Assembly (NCBI RefSeq): GCF_037042905.1
Contig: NC_087257.1
Span: forward strand, 24,738,001-24,802,000
From: Lytechinus pictus
Lineage: Eukaryota
Length of the DNA: 64,000 bases
Direction of reading: 5' to 3'
The position numbers and the translations under genes are program-made. The notes under the pieces were generated by a model. It was not told the origin of the DNA and ran no database searches. It worked only from the letters and a program-made list of their open reading frames with translations. Shown one piece after another: positions 14,001 through 26,009 of the stretch. The first letter of the stretch is position 1, and each line of letters opens with the position of its first letter.

Positions 14001-17000
14001 ACTCAAATAGCTGATGATTGGATTTGTAAATGCTGCATGCCTCATTCCTAGGAAGTAAAACTTATTCATCTTATTTGTTGTTTCAAGGTTTGCTCGCATA
14101 TGGTTGGACCTACTCCTTTAACATCGACAGCCATAATTTTTCAAGCAGCACAGCTACGAAAATGGTCAAAACAATTTTACTGAATACTCACCTCACATGT
14201 CTAGAAAATGTGGCAGATGAAATTCTACAAATTCGACATTCCTACCTTTTGTCCCTCTTTTCTTTTGTGTAATTTATTGATACTTATCGTTTTTGTTGAT
14301 ACTGCGCTTAGTCTCCCACACACATAAATTTGTAATACTGATAATGCTCATGCGTGAAAGGGTTTCCAAAAAGGAGGTTGATACACGTAAGTAGCAGACC
14401 CTCTACACATACCTTGTCTATCTTGTTTCCGACCAGCATCTTAATAATATCTGCTTTAGTTGAGTATGTATCAAGTTCATTCAACCACTGACCTAACCGG
14501 TCAAAGGTCATCTGATTGCTGACATCATATACTGAAAAGAATATAAGGAGAATATTATGAAACAAAAGCCAAAGTAATCACTGGTATCACAGAGACCATT
14601 GGTTTTTAAACATAATCTTAGTTCAAAAGACCTCCCAAACTTTCAAACTAAAAACTGTGGTTTATTTTATTTTTTTAAATTAGGAAAGAAACACCAAACT
14701 ACATGTAAATGGTCATCATCACCACCATCATCGCCATCATCATCACTAACATCCTTATCATTTTCATTATCATCATCATCCTCCTCCTCATCACCATCAT
14801 CTTCATGTAATTTACTGAGAAGAGACACTGACCCAGAATGACCCCCTGAGCTCCTCGGTAGTAGCTTGGGGTTAATGTGCGGAATCTCTCTTGTCCTGCT
14901 GTGTCCTGTTGACGACAAATAATGATACATGAAATGTACATTAAATGTATAAAAATGTACAGCTTAAAATCGACATCACCCAAGTTGTTTTGAATTATGG
15001 TAGATACCTTTTTGCCCACTCATTCTTTATCTTAATGAAATAGCCCCACAGGTTCTTGATCCCAAATACAATATCTGAATCTTAAAGGGGAAGTTCACCC
15101 TGAAGAAAACTTTGTAAAAAATATTGGTGAAGGTTTGAGGAAAATCTGTTAAAGAGTAAGAAAGTTATTAGAGTTCAAAGTTTTGGATTTGTGACGTCAT
15201 AAACAAGCAGCTGCCCCATGTGTTATGTAATATAAAATGCATGAACTTCAAATTCTGTATGGTTCCTGATGACTTAATTTTGTTTTCTATTCATGATCGG
15301 GTGTGAAATGACTTGTCTATTGATATACAAAAGGTACAGTGAAAACCATTTTCAATTTTCTGAGAAAATGACATTTCATTGATTTTTTACCATTCGCTAT
15401 GTAGGAATGCTGCTCGCATATGACGTCACAAATCAAATAATTGAAATTCTAATAACTTTTTAATTATTTGATGAATTTTTTTCAAACCCTCGGCAATATT
15501 TTTAAATATTTTTTCTGCTATTTTTACAATAAACTTTTTGTCAGGGTGAACTTTCCCTTTAAGTAACAAAATCAAATTATATTCTGAAAGATATCAGGAA
15601 ATCTGACCACAAAAAGACAATTCAATTTAAAAGATTCACAGTGCATACATATATTTCATTCTCTAGACTAGATACATAACTTTTGTTGAGTTGCCATCAA
15701 ATGATATGGTGAATACTGGAATTAAGCATGCCAGTTCACACTTGGTTTTATGTCCGAGTATTTTTGCTTTTCTTGTATAAGAGAGCAGTGTGAACACAAC
15801 ATATGAAAATATTCAGAAAGGAGTGGACTGTTGGAGAGGACATCAGACAGTATGAGAGAAGTTGGGTCGCAAATGGGGAGAGATATAAATAGAGGGAATG
15901 GATAGATGATGAATGATTAAAAATTAGTAAACAGAGGAACAAGGTGATGATAAAGGTGAAAGGACGGAGAAAGATGATAAAGATGATGATGTCTGATGNN
16001 NNNNNNNNNNNNNNNNNNNNNNNNNNNNNNNNNNNNNNNNNNNNNNNNNNNNNNNNNNNNNNNNNNNNNNNNNNNNNNNNNNNNNNNNNNNNNNNNNNNN
16101 NNNNNNNNNNNNNNNNNNNNNNNNNNNNNNNNAAAAATGGAAATGATGATGGTGAAAAGGGAGGAGAAATAAAAGGTGATGAAAGGGAGAAGTAGGAAAA
16201 CATGAAGTTGATGATGAAATGTGAGAAGACAAAGAATGATAATGACAATGAAAAAAAGGGAATGAATGGGAAACATAACGGCGATGATAAACAAGTATGA
16301 TCCAAATGCACTGTACAAAAAGGTCATCATTTTACAGTCTATTATTTTTACAACACACTTACCCATATAGCAAGTTTAGCTTTATTGCCATCTACAGTAA
16401 GAGTTTTCACTTTGAAGTCCACTCCTAATAGATAAATTAAAAAAAAAAGAGGAAACAGGTCAATAATCAAACAGGTATTGCTTTGCTGAAGTTTGCTCAT
16501 AATTAAAAAAAACCCAGTTAATTATCATACACATTTTAATTGATATACATTGAATTGTTTGTGAGCAAAGCAGTATGATCCATTGAAATGTCTCATGAAG
16601 GGCGATACTTAGTTCAGTTTAAATATGATCTCATTCAAATTGTAAATTGGACCAGGTGGGTTTTTAAAGGACAAGTCCACCCCAACAAAAACTTGATTCG
16701 AATAAAAAGAGAAAAATTCAACAAGCATAACACTGAAAATTTCATCAAAATCGGATGTAAAATAAGAAAGTTATGACATTTTAAAGTTTCGCTTCATTTC
16801 ACAAAAGAGTTATATGCACATCCCGGTCGGTATGCAAATGAGGGAACTGATGACATCACTCAATCACTATTTCTTTTGTATTTTATTATATGAATTATGA
16901 AATATTTTGATTTTCTCGTCATTGTCATGTGAAATGAAGTTTCATTCCTCCCTGAATACGTGGAATTCCATTATACTAACATTTTGTGGTTCAGGCAAGG

Positions 17001-19676
17001 AGGTCCTAATCGTCAAATTCGTAAAAATTGAAATATTGTATAACTCAAACAATAAAAAACAAAAGAAATAGTGAGTGAGTGACATCATCGACTCCCTAAT
17101 TTGGATGTAACTGGCTCGTTCATATAACTATTTTTTTTTAAATAGGCGAAACTTTGAAATGTCAGAACTTTCTTATTTTACATCCGATTTTGATGAAACT
17201 TTCAGCATTGTGCTTGTCTGATTTTTCTCTATTGATTCAAATCAACATTTTGTTGGAGTGGACTTGACCTTTAATAAAGCTGTTTGTAAAGTCACACACA
17301 ACTTTATGCACGTCTGGAACATGTTCTTGGGTCATAAATCAATTATATAGGGAAAGCACAAGAAAGGATCACCAGACGTGCGTAAAGTCATTCGTATCTT
17401 ACGAACAGCTTTATGAAACACTCACCAGTTCCATGATAAAAATGCAAAATCCAGCTTCTGTTTTTAGAAGGGGAAAAGAAGATACAGAACAGGGAGAAAA
17501 ATAAAAAGGAAAAAAGTAGAATATTAAGGAGAAGAAAAAGAAGATGGAAGAATAAGAGGAAATTTGGAGAAAGAAGGAAATATTAAAGGGGAATTAAGAA
17601 TACAAAATAAGTAAAATAATAGAGAAGAAAAGAATCTAATCATTGGCTACCCATGACAGATCCCAGGGCCTGGTCTCAAGACATTTACTGTATCATTTTG
17701 AAGGATTCCTATGAGTACAACAATCTCAGAAATTACTTTATAATCAATCTATTTAAAGGAGAATTAGATCTATACTATTTATCACATCATTCCCTTACCT
17801 ATTGTAGCTGCTTGCTCGGGATCAAATGTATCATCTGTGAATCGGAGGAGTAAACTGAAATAAATACAAACAAAACAAAATGAATATGGTCACATCATAT
17901 GCCACTGTCACTTTTTAAACTATAGAATAAAGAAAGAATAAATGCAACTAAAACATGAAGGTAATGAAAAAGTCACTGACTACAACATCACTCAGTCTGA
18001 GCGATGTTATGCTAAAAATAATTGCTTTATTGCTTTTGACTTTGGAATTGCATTGGCATTCCTCACTTTTGTGCTGGCAACGGACCAATCGAATACTTGC
18101 ATGGCCATGATGGTGATCGCAAAGAGATGTTTTTTATTGGTAATTCATTAACAATGAAGCGAACCCTTGTCTACCAGAGGAGCTTCTTTCCAGATTCTAT
18201 AATACTTATGAACTCCCTCCTTAAAAGCACAGATAATTATACCTCTCTAAGACTCTAACTCTTCTAGTCTCTTCACATCTTTAAAAGTCAAGTCCACCCC
18301 AGAAAAATGTTTATTTGAATAAATAGAGAAAAGTAAATCTAGCAGAACACTGAAAATTTCATCAAAATCGGATGTAAAATAAGAAAGTTATGGCATTTTA
18401 AAGTTTCGCTTATTTTTTCACAAAACAGTGATATGATCATATGCACAACTCAGCGACATGCAAATGAGACATTCGATGATGTCACTCACTCACTATTCCT
18501 TTTGTTTTTTGTTTGAATTATGCAATATTTCATTTTTTACAGATTTGACAAGGACCAACTTGACTGAACCATATAGTATTAAACAATGCTAATTCCACAT
18601 GTTCAGGAGGAATTAAATCGTTGTTTCACTTGACAATGAGGAGAAAATTAGAATATTTCGTATTTCATATAATAAAATACAAAAGAAATAGTTAGTGGAT
18701 GACGTCATCAGTCTCCTCATTTGCATACTGACCAGGATGAGCATATAACTGTTTTGTGAAATTAAGCGAAACTTTAAAATGCCATAACTTTCTTATTTTA
18801 CATCCGATTTTGATGAAATTTTCAGTGTTATGCTTGTTGGATTTTTCTCTTTTTATCCAAATCAACTTTTTGTTGGGGTGGACCTTTAAACAAGAGGTAC
18901 AAAAGACCTAGCTCCGTTATTGTCAATATATTGTCAACGGTGGTTGTTTTTACTTGCATGCTGTAAGTAACCTTTTGACGGACGATGTACATAAACTAGC
19001 AAACGCACACTACACTTAATGGCCTTATCCTGCCTCTCTTCTCGTGTGTGTCGGCATGTGTGCGCTCATCGTGTACAAAGTCAATGGGAGAGGAAAGTTC
19101 TGTCACCGCCGCTGACAAAATTAACAGCAGTGAATGGAGTGGTGACTTAAACCAGGATAATGCCCACTGGCCACTTAACCAGTACGACAATACACCGGAC
19201 GGTGGCCTGTACTGTTTCCAGAAGAAGAAGAAAGAATATGTCTGTTTCATAGTGTTTGGAATTGGAGTAAGAAAACTCAGAAAGTGTTTAACAAAACTCC
19301 TCTGTACGTGCTGAACTGCTGAAAGTGAAACAGCATTGAAATTGTACATCTAACGTTAGATCTGATCTACGTTGACAACTTGATTCAAGTGTCAGACTCA
19401 ACAAAAATAAATGATGGTACTAAAAAGGGCAATAAGCTTTGGCATTGCCAAAAACTAACAAGTTAAGTATAGCACTGCACCTGTCCTTGGCACTGCTGCA
19501 AAACATGTCTGTCAAACTGCAAATAACTGGTCGCTGCGCAGTGTACAGCCACATACCACACACAGTCGCAGTCAGTCAGGGACGGCAACGGGGCAACTTA
19601 CTCACCTCGATTTCCCTACTCCACTTTCTCCAATAATAAGAATTTTCAGGGTGGTTAGAACATCATCTTCGTCCAT
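10985..19676 (-). CDS. RAB18: Ras-related protein Rab-18, 7 coding exons, 206 aa
   Basis: complement(join(10985..11098,13647..13772,14413..14531,14833..14905,16363..16424,17799..17854,19606..19676)) = 621 nt; all introns GT-AG with consistent phase. Motifs: [48 protein letters not shown] and C-terminal CSLI (CaaX). Confidence 0.97.
11854..12140 (-). mobile_element. tRNA-derived SINE, full length
   Basis: Minus-strand head GGGGCGTCGTGGTCTAGTGG (box A) ... GGTTCGATTCC (box B), then a body and a (TTA)n tail. Confidence 0.8.
12287..12881. mobile_element. Kolobok-like MITE (TTAA TSD)
   Basis: TTAA|AGGGGAATCCA...TGGATTCCCCT|TTAA; partial copy at ~30731-31000. Confidence 0.75.
13647..13772 (-). 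CDS. RAB18: Rab18 exon 6 (EKREV...ECSAK...ELVEK)
   Basis: tacag| ... AAG|gtatg, 126 nt. Confidence 0.95.
14413..14531 (-). CDS. RAB18: Rab18 exon 5 (VYDV...GNKIDK)
   Basis: tttcag| ... AAG|gtatg, 119 nt. Confidence 0.95.
14713..14806. repeat. (ATC)n-like microsatellite in a Rab18 intron
   Basis: Degenerate CAT/CAC/CCT triplet run. Confidence 0.7.
14833..14905 (-). CDS. RAB18: Rab18 exon 4 ([24 protein letters not shown])
   Basis: aacag| ... G|gtcag, 73 nt. Confidence 0.95.
15086..15558. mobile_element. Kolobok-like MITE (TTAA TSD)
   Basis: TTAA|AGGGGAAGTTCACCCTGA...TCAGGGTGAACTTTCCCT|TTAA. Confidence 0.75.
15999..16132. other. Assembly gap (N run) inside a (GAT)/purine-rich low-complexity tract
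   Basis: N characters. Confidence 0.99.
16363..16424 (-). CDS. RAB18: Rab18 exon 3 ([21 protein letters not shown])
   Basis: attag| ... TGG|gtaag, 62 nt. Confidence 0.95.
16668..17270. mobile_element. Kolobok-like MITE nested in a short palindromic MITE (~16653-17428)
   Basis: TTAA|AGGACAAGTCCACCCCAAC...GTTGGAGTGGACTTGACCT|TTAA. The host ends GGTGGGTTTTTAATAAAGCTGTTTGTAA and TTACGAACAGCTTTATGAAACACTCACC are inverted repeats. Confidence 0.8.
17799..17854 (-). CDS. RAB18: Rab18 exon 2 ([18 protein letters not shown])
   Basis: tttcag| ... G|gtaag, 56 nt; absent from the ORF track. Confidence 0.95.
18285..18885. mobile_element. Kolobok-like MITE, same family as 16668-17270, opposite orientation
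   Basis: TTAA flanks, AAGTCAAGTCCACCCC terminus and shared internal sequence (CATCAAAATCGGATGTAAAATAAGAAAGTTATG). Confidence 0.8.
19606..19676 (-). CDS. RAB18: Rab18 exon 1 (P-loop GESGVGKS)
   Basis: ATG at 19676; donor AG|gtgag. Confidence 0.95.
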
Positions 19677-19969
19677 GGTAGTCTTATTCCGTGGGTCTAC
19701 AAATAAGAAAGCAAAATACTTGTAAATATATTCCAACGTAGCAAAATAAAGGGTTGGGTTATTGCGCAATTGCCAGAGACGTGTCGTTTGTCCGCTTGTT
19801 TTCTTTCGTACTGACAAGGCAATACATCAATGACGAGAACACAATGTGAGGACGCCCTCTAACGCCTCCAAATTCAGCAAGCGCCCAATAAATAGTATAC
19901 TGTATTTTGACCAATAAGCCCCCCCCCCCCACATTTGAAATACTAGAACATTGAGAAGAGGGGCTGAAA

Positions 19970-20040
19970 ATCATTATCATCATCATATCATCATCATCGT
20001 CAGACATCATCACCATCATCATCATCATCATCATCATCAT
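19970..20040. repeat. (ATC)n microsatellite upstream of Rab18
   Basis: Directly visible. Confidence 0.8.
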
Positions 20041-21760
20041 AGGCGGATGGATCCAGGGGGGCCGAGGGGCCCACGTACCCCCCCCCCTGTTGGCGGAGCA
20101 AAAGAAAGATTAAAATAGGGGGAAAAGGGGGAAAAGGAAGGGAAAAGAGAGGAGAAAAAAGAAGGGGAAACAGAAAAGGAAGAAGACGAGTGAATAAAAT
20201 AAGATGAGGGGAAGACTTGGAAAATAATTCAAAAAATCTTTCATGTCACTATATAAGATTTTCGCCCGCGCTCGCATTACCTTTTAGGTGATTTACATAT
20301 CTTACTCAATATGGAACTTAAATATCAAATTTTGAAGTCAATATACAAAATATGTTTCAGCTCGGAAATCGATCTTACATTATTTTGTTTGATTTACAAA
20401 TTGATTTTTTAAAAGTGCTCTGTAAAAGTTTATGTTTTATGGTCTGAATATTAGCATTTGTTGCTCGCGCTGCGCGCTCGCAATGTTTGATTTGTCAGAT
20501 ACCTATTATTTTCGTGTATTTCATAAAGTTCTCAAATATCCCTATGCACGTTCGCATTTTGATTGTTGAGTTATGTATGTATTAACATCTGAACATTAAT
20601 TCTATTACAAACTCCTTAAAATCCCAATTTCATGCATGGACCTGTCCACGGAGGATTATCTATTGTTACTGGGGGTGCTGTGACAATGCTCAGCACCCCC
20701 AGTAACAATAGAATAATCCTCTGTGGATAGGTCCCTGATTTCATGACAGTTTATCAAAAATTTCGGCTCGCGATTTGCGCTCGCATTGATTGTTGAAAAT
20801 ATATTAACTCATGCATCTTATTCATAACTACAAAAGTGCTTTAAATGTCCAGTTTTCAAATCCAGTTGACAAATCTCGCGCTCTTATTAGATCAATAAAT
20901 AAGATATTGATTTTATAATCAAATTGTCCCTTATTTTCAGAATGGAATATCGACAAGTTACATCTAGCGCTAAGGAAGAGAAATAGGAAGATCATCATCA
21001 TTTTTATAAGATGACATAATGTTCTTAGAATGTCCCGGTCCTATGTCAAAACTCAAAGTAATAATAGTGGGACATATCAGCTCTTTTTTTAACTGTGATC
21101 CATATCCACCTCACAATTTTCCTACAAAGTGCTTAAAATACAAATCATAAATTGATCCCTTTTTCAGATCGAAATATCAAATGTTTTAAGCTCGCGCTTC
21201 GCGCTCGCTTAATTGATTTTCATGATAAAAAAGGTATTTAGAATGCCCAGATTGTAGATCGAAATCTGAAACACACGCGCGCATGTTCAGATACGCAGCT
21301 TGTTCTCTATTTAAATCATTAGGAGCCTATCCAGTTTCAGATCAGTATCAAAAATGTTCAGCTCGCGCTTTGCGCTGGCATTATTTTTATATAGGAAGGT
21401 TTCCAATTACTCATCCAGTTCATGATTTACAAAACATGAATAGTGCAACATTTTAAAGTGAAAATCTCAAAATTTTCCGCTGGCATCGATTGTTTAGTTA
21501 TATACTTATCTTTTCCACGATTACAACAAGTGCTTAAAATTTCCATTCTTCAGGTAGAAATGTCAAAATTTTCAGCTCGCGATTCGCGCTCGCCTTATTT
21601 GATTGTTGAAATATGTAACGCCTTCATGGCTAACTGCAAGCAGCCATTAACAGATCCTTTTTTATCACGTCAAAATGTATATTAAAAATTTCTGCTCGCG
21701 CTTTGCGCTCGCAGTAATTATTTAGTTGGATACACATCTCGTTTATGATCACAAACATTG
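20040..21760. repeat. Long GC-capped dispersed repeat with periodic GCTCGCGCTTCGCGCTCGC motifs
   Basis: Starts AGGCGG...ATCCAGGGGGG; the motif recurs at ~20262, 20463, 20767, 21191, 21361, 21576 and 21694. Confidence 0.6.
20635..20737. mobile_element. 103-bp hairpin MITE (hAT-like)
   Basis: Near-perfect fold-back CATGGACCTGTCCAC...GTGGATAGGTCCCTG with exact 8-bp TSD ATTTCATG (20627-20634 / 20738-20745). Confidence 0.8.
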
Positions 21761-22192
21761 CCCAGAATTAATTTGTGTGTAGCATTCATTGCTCCCATAA
21801 ACCATCATTTTATGCTGTTTTTTAAGTCGAAAAAAAAAAAGTTTTCACTGCAAAATATTGGTTATTTTGCTTACATTTCTATTTTTAACACCTACCAGAA
21901 TTCAGGGGGTGATGCCTATTGAAAATAATACAAGCAATGGCCATTAATAGGTCTATCCTACTTTTTCTCGAAAATGTAATCGATTAGTCATTTAAATGCT
22001 AATAAATTATAACTTCAAATGATATAACTTAATTGTCACTCTCTCTTTCTTGTTTCCTGTTTCCTTCCTCCGTTAGGCGTTTAAGGTCGGAGATCGCTCA
22101 CTAATGGGACATTTTGATAAGAGTTCCTGTTGGTTTCTTTCGTTTATACATACAATTATGTTCTGACATTGATCAGCGTTCAGTCATCAAAC

Positions 22193-22321
22193 GGGGAATC
22201 CCCGTCCCATGGAGTGCATGCGCAGTAGTTAGTTGCGCACCTTTTCTTTGAATTGACTATGAAGGATGGGTATACCTGAATGATGACGCCGCGCTCCTAA
22301 CAAATAATTTAGGGATTTCCC
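22193..22321 (+). promoter_or_regulatory. Two NF-kB (kB) consensus sites in the putative promoter of the death-domain gene
   Basis: GGGGAATCCCC at 22193-22203 and GGGATTTCCC at 22312-22321 match GGGRNWYYCC; an NRF1-like GCATGCGCA lies between them. Confidence 0.5.
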
Positions 22322-23723
22322 AAATTCTCGTCATTCACGGGTGGTGGATCAGCTCATAGCCTCACAATGTAATCGTTTACGATTTTCTATCTGAAAGTGT
22401 CACCTCTATGATTTCGATTCAAGCTAGTGCATCATAGTATACCGATCGAGCTGGTTTCAAATTTCAAGTTCAATTCAGATTTCAGGATGTGTACGGTACT
22501 CAGCACATGCACATGAAGCAATTAAGTCAACAAAAGCTAAACTAAAGTGACCGTGTCCGTGGAGTCCGAACTTTAGTCTTTAACGTTTATAGACGTGCTG
22601 ATTTTGGAACTATTGTATTGTAACTTTGTATGTTCGATTTGGAGAGAGCTAGTGCTAGTGGCGTGCAGATCAAACTGTGTACTGTTAGTGTAAGTAACTT
22701 GTAAGTGTAAGTAGTGTAGTGTAACTCTAAGTGTAAGTAAAGCAAATGTCCATGGTAAAACTAAACAAAGCGAAACAGCCGAGATACTCAAGTCAATATA
22801 CAGCCGGCAGCCGTCTGTTTCGTGGGGTTTTTAAACTTTTTTTTTTAATTTCTCCTCGAGCTCGACCTCGTACACAGACGGCTCGGGAAGGTGCAGCCGC
22901 ATACTCCCAGGCCATTGGGGATTTGCAATACTATAAACCCCCCAGCGGGATCTTTGATTTTTAAGCTAATAAAAAAAAAATTAACCTAAGGTAAAAAGTA
23001 CTGCACTTAATGACTTACATGTAGATCTATAGCAGAATTATTATTCTGTTTTGGCCTGAAATGCACCAAAACTGAAAAAAATAAAGTTACAAGAAAAAAA
23101 AACAGTGACTTCGGCTACCGCACAACTCCCACTTCCCTGGTTTATCTGAACTAACATATGGCCATTGAATCCCTGTACAGATCAAGTTAGAACTTCGGTC
23201 TCTAGTCTGTATTTTTTCTGGTGAGTTGAGCCAATGGAGTTATTCAGCGGAAAGACCGAAGCTTTCGGTCTAGATACTCAACTGCAGCTTCAAATCAAGG
23301 GTAATACTTTTCTAGATTGAAAAATCTGCAGTTTTGGAGGAGTTTTTAAACATTTTCCGATTCTTTCTATACTGCCTGGGAGAGGATTCCGCGAAGCCAG
23401 ATGAAGTCTCAATGGAGCATATCCTGACCAATATAGTTCTAGACTTGATTTTTTCGGTCAAGGCTAATAATTGTAGTTATCTGTCTTCGCACTGTGAGTG
23501 ACGAGTACAAAAATGAGTAGCAGTACAGTAGCAGTTAGCAGGGAAGGTTGGCTGTTGCCTACATTAGGTAATGGTTCGTGTTACAGGCTCCATTAACTAC
23601 TGCTACACTATGCTGCACCTACCCTAAGGCCTAACCATCAGGGCTCATCAAACGGAATGACAAAAAGTGTCACTTTATGTTAGTTAGAAAATATAATTCA
23701 AGAAAAAACATTAACCTACAAGT

Positions 23724-24086
23724 CATCTTACATTTCAACCTGTTTCACTCCTTGTCCATGCTTCTATCAGTTTAAAAATCAGAGATTTATTGCCAGTACC
23801 AAGTATCTATTTCCTCATGTATTATTCACTTCCGATTCCAAAACATTGCAAACGCAATTGCTTATGAGCAGGGATCGCGGGTCAAGAAGCATTCTTTCAT
23901 TTACATTTCCATAGAGATCGGGATCGTTTCATTATTTGCATATTCAATTATCAGATCCTGATCTACTGAAATATGAATATTCATGCTTCTTGAGCAGCGA
24001 CCCGCGCGCATGCTCAACTTGATTTTGAGAGTGAGTGATGATATAGAAGCATGGACAAGGAGTGAAACAGAGTGAAATGTAAGATG
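23724..24086. mobile_element. Fold-back element/MITE with ~45-bp inverted arms
   Basis: CATCTTACATTTCAACCTGTTTCACTCCTTGTCCATGCTTCTAT ... ATAGAAGCATGGACAAGGAGTGAAACAGAGTGAAATGTAAGATG. Confidence 0.65.
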
Positions 24087-24610
24087 AGATGTTATAGATG
24101 ATTTGTGAGGTCATGTTTTTGCATGAGTTTTAGTTTTTGATAACAAAGAGTGACACACTTTGTCACTCAGAGTGTCCATCCGAATTACAAGCCCTGGTGG
24201 TTCGGGTACATGTAGGTGTAGTGTAGTGTTGGGGTAGTGAAGTGTAGAGGAGCCTACACGAACAATCACCTGAGGTAGCTGTAGCCCAGTAGCTGCTACT
24301 AGCATGACTAGGTCTACAGTAAGAACATTTGGTTTAAAAACGGGCAGTATCAAGAAAGAAGTAGATTTAATTATAAACAGGAGGAGGGGGATGTTCGTAT
24401 TGTACCAGTAGTTAGAGCCTACCTTACTGAACAGGAGCGAGACCGGAGGCTTGATCTGTTTGCAATATTTGAAAAAATAGGGGATTAAACGCTTGTTCAT
24501 CATTTATGAGAAGCATAAAAATTTATCTTTATCATAATGTGTAACAATTGTGTTAAGAACATAATATACAAGAACTATCTGGTAAAATGGCATCATATTC
24601 AGTGGTACAG

Positions 24611-24841
24611 CAGGGCTCGACATTAGCAGTGGCCAGGTGGCCCAGGGCAACCAAAAATGAAAGTCGGGCCACCAAAATTCTGTAAAAGCCAACACTTGGT
24701 GGCCCGGTTGGGCTACCAAAGTTTTGATAAATTCTGTTGTTTTAGGGCCACTAAATTTGCTTTACGGGCCATCAAAAAATGAAATTGATGATTTTGGTGG
24801 ACCGATTGGGCCACCAAGAAAAAAAGTTAGTGTGGAGCCTT
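24611..24841. mobile_element. hAT-like MITE
   Basis: CAGGGCTCGACATTA...TTAGTGTGGAGCCT termini; flanks TGGTACAG/AGGTACAG (7 of 8 match, TSD-like). Confidence 0.55.
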
Positions 24842-25324
24842 AGGTACAGTATCGCAAACAGCTAGGGTAGGTATTAAATTTTAGATGTCTTTCAAACCAA
24901 AAATCTTCCATGTCATAAAAATCATGCAAGACATAACATCTGAAAAGACATGATATCTACAAATCTGAAAAGGAAAGTTGGATATCCTGATTTGTAATTG
25001 CTTTATCTTTTGTACATGTCACCGAGGAAGACATAATTTGATGTTCAGGAGTCAGAACACAGAAAAAACATAAAATTTGCATTAAATTAAAACTAAACCA
25101 CACAGAAAACCTGAGACTTGGGTGCCTTCCAGAAGGTGATTTACAATGATGATGTACATGTAGTAATTAGGCTTACAGTCCTCACTCACACACTCATTGT
25201 GACTATTACCATCGAGTTGTAGAGTGGTCTCCATAACATAACAAAATAATTTGAATTTTTTCATGGTGTAAGAATTTTAGTGTTTTAGTTTTAAAAACAT
25301 TTTATTTTTTATTCACAGTTGAGA

Positions 25325-26009
25325 ATGGAAGACCCTGCGATAGAAGGTCAGGAGAGGGATGCAGAGACATTGTCGCAGCTTGAAGTGGATTGCATTGTGA
25401 CAACACCAGGATTTGGTTACTATGATCCGACTGAAGATAGGAGTCAACTTTCTGAAGCCCAACCACTGACAGGTCATCCTCCTCCACATCAAAATGGGCT
25501 CGACAGGGACGATCGCCTCCACAATAGCATTGTAAGGGATGGGGACGAAAAAAGGAATCGGCCGACTCGGCTTTCTAGAGCCCAACCACTGACGGGTCAT
25601 CCTCCTCCACATCAAAATGGGCTCGACAGGGACGATCGCCTTGATAGTAGCATTGTAAAGGATGGAAGGCTACAAAGTGGGGATTACGGTAGGAGGATCG
25701 AAGAATGTACCAAGGCAAAGGAAAGGGCTACCAATGAAATTGACCGACTTTATCAAATGTGTGAGGATCTCTGCAATGAAAATGAGAAATTGCTGGTTGA
25801 AAATGAGCAACTCCGGGCCGAGGATAGATTATGTAGAAACTGCAAATTGTCCTTGAGCTTGCAAGTGACAGAAAGGGAAGGAACTTTGAGGGAACAGGAT
25901 CTTTTTAGGCAACTTGAAGATGCTGAAACTCAGAAGGCGCAGCTTCAACATAGATGTAAAGAGCTGCTGGATGAAGTGACAAGACTGAGAGGTTCATGTG
26001 ATAGCATAG
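25325..26009 (+). CDS. Death-domain gene exon: acidic N-terminus, 41-aa duplication, coiled coil
   Basis: Acceptor cag at 25316-25318, ATG at 25325, donor G|gtaatt. Confidence 0.75.
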
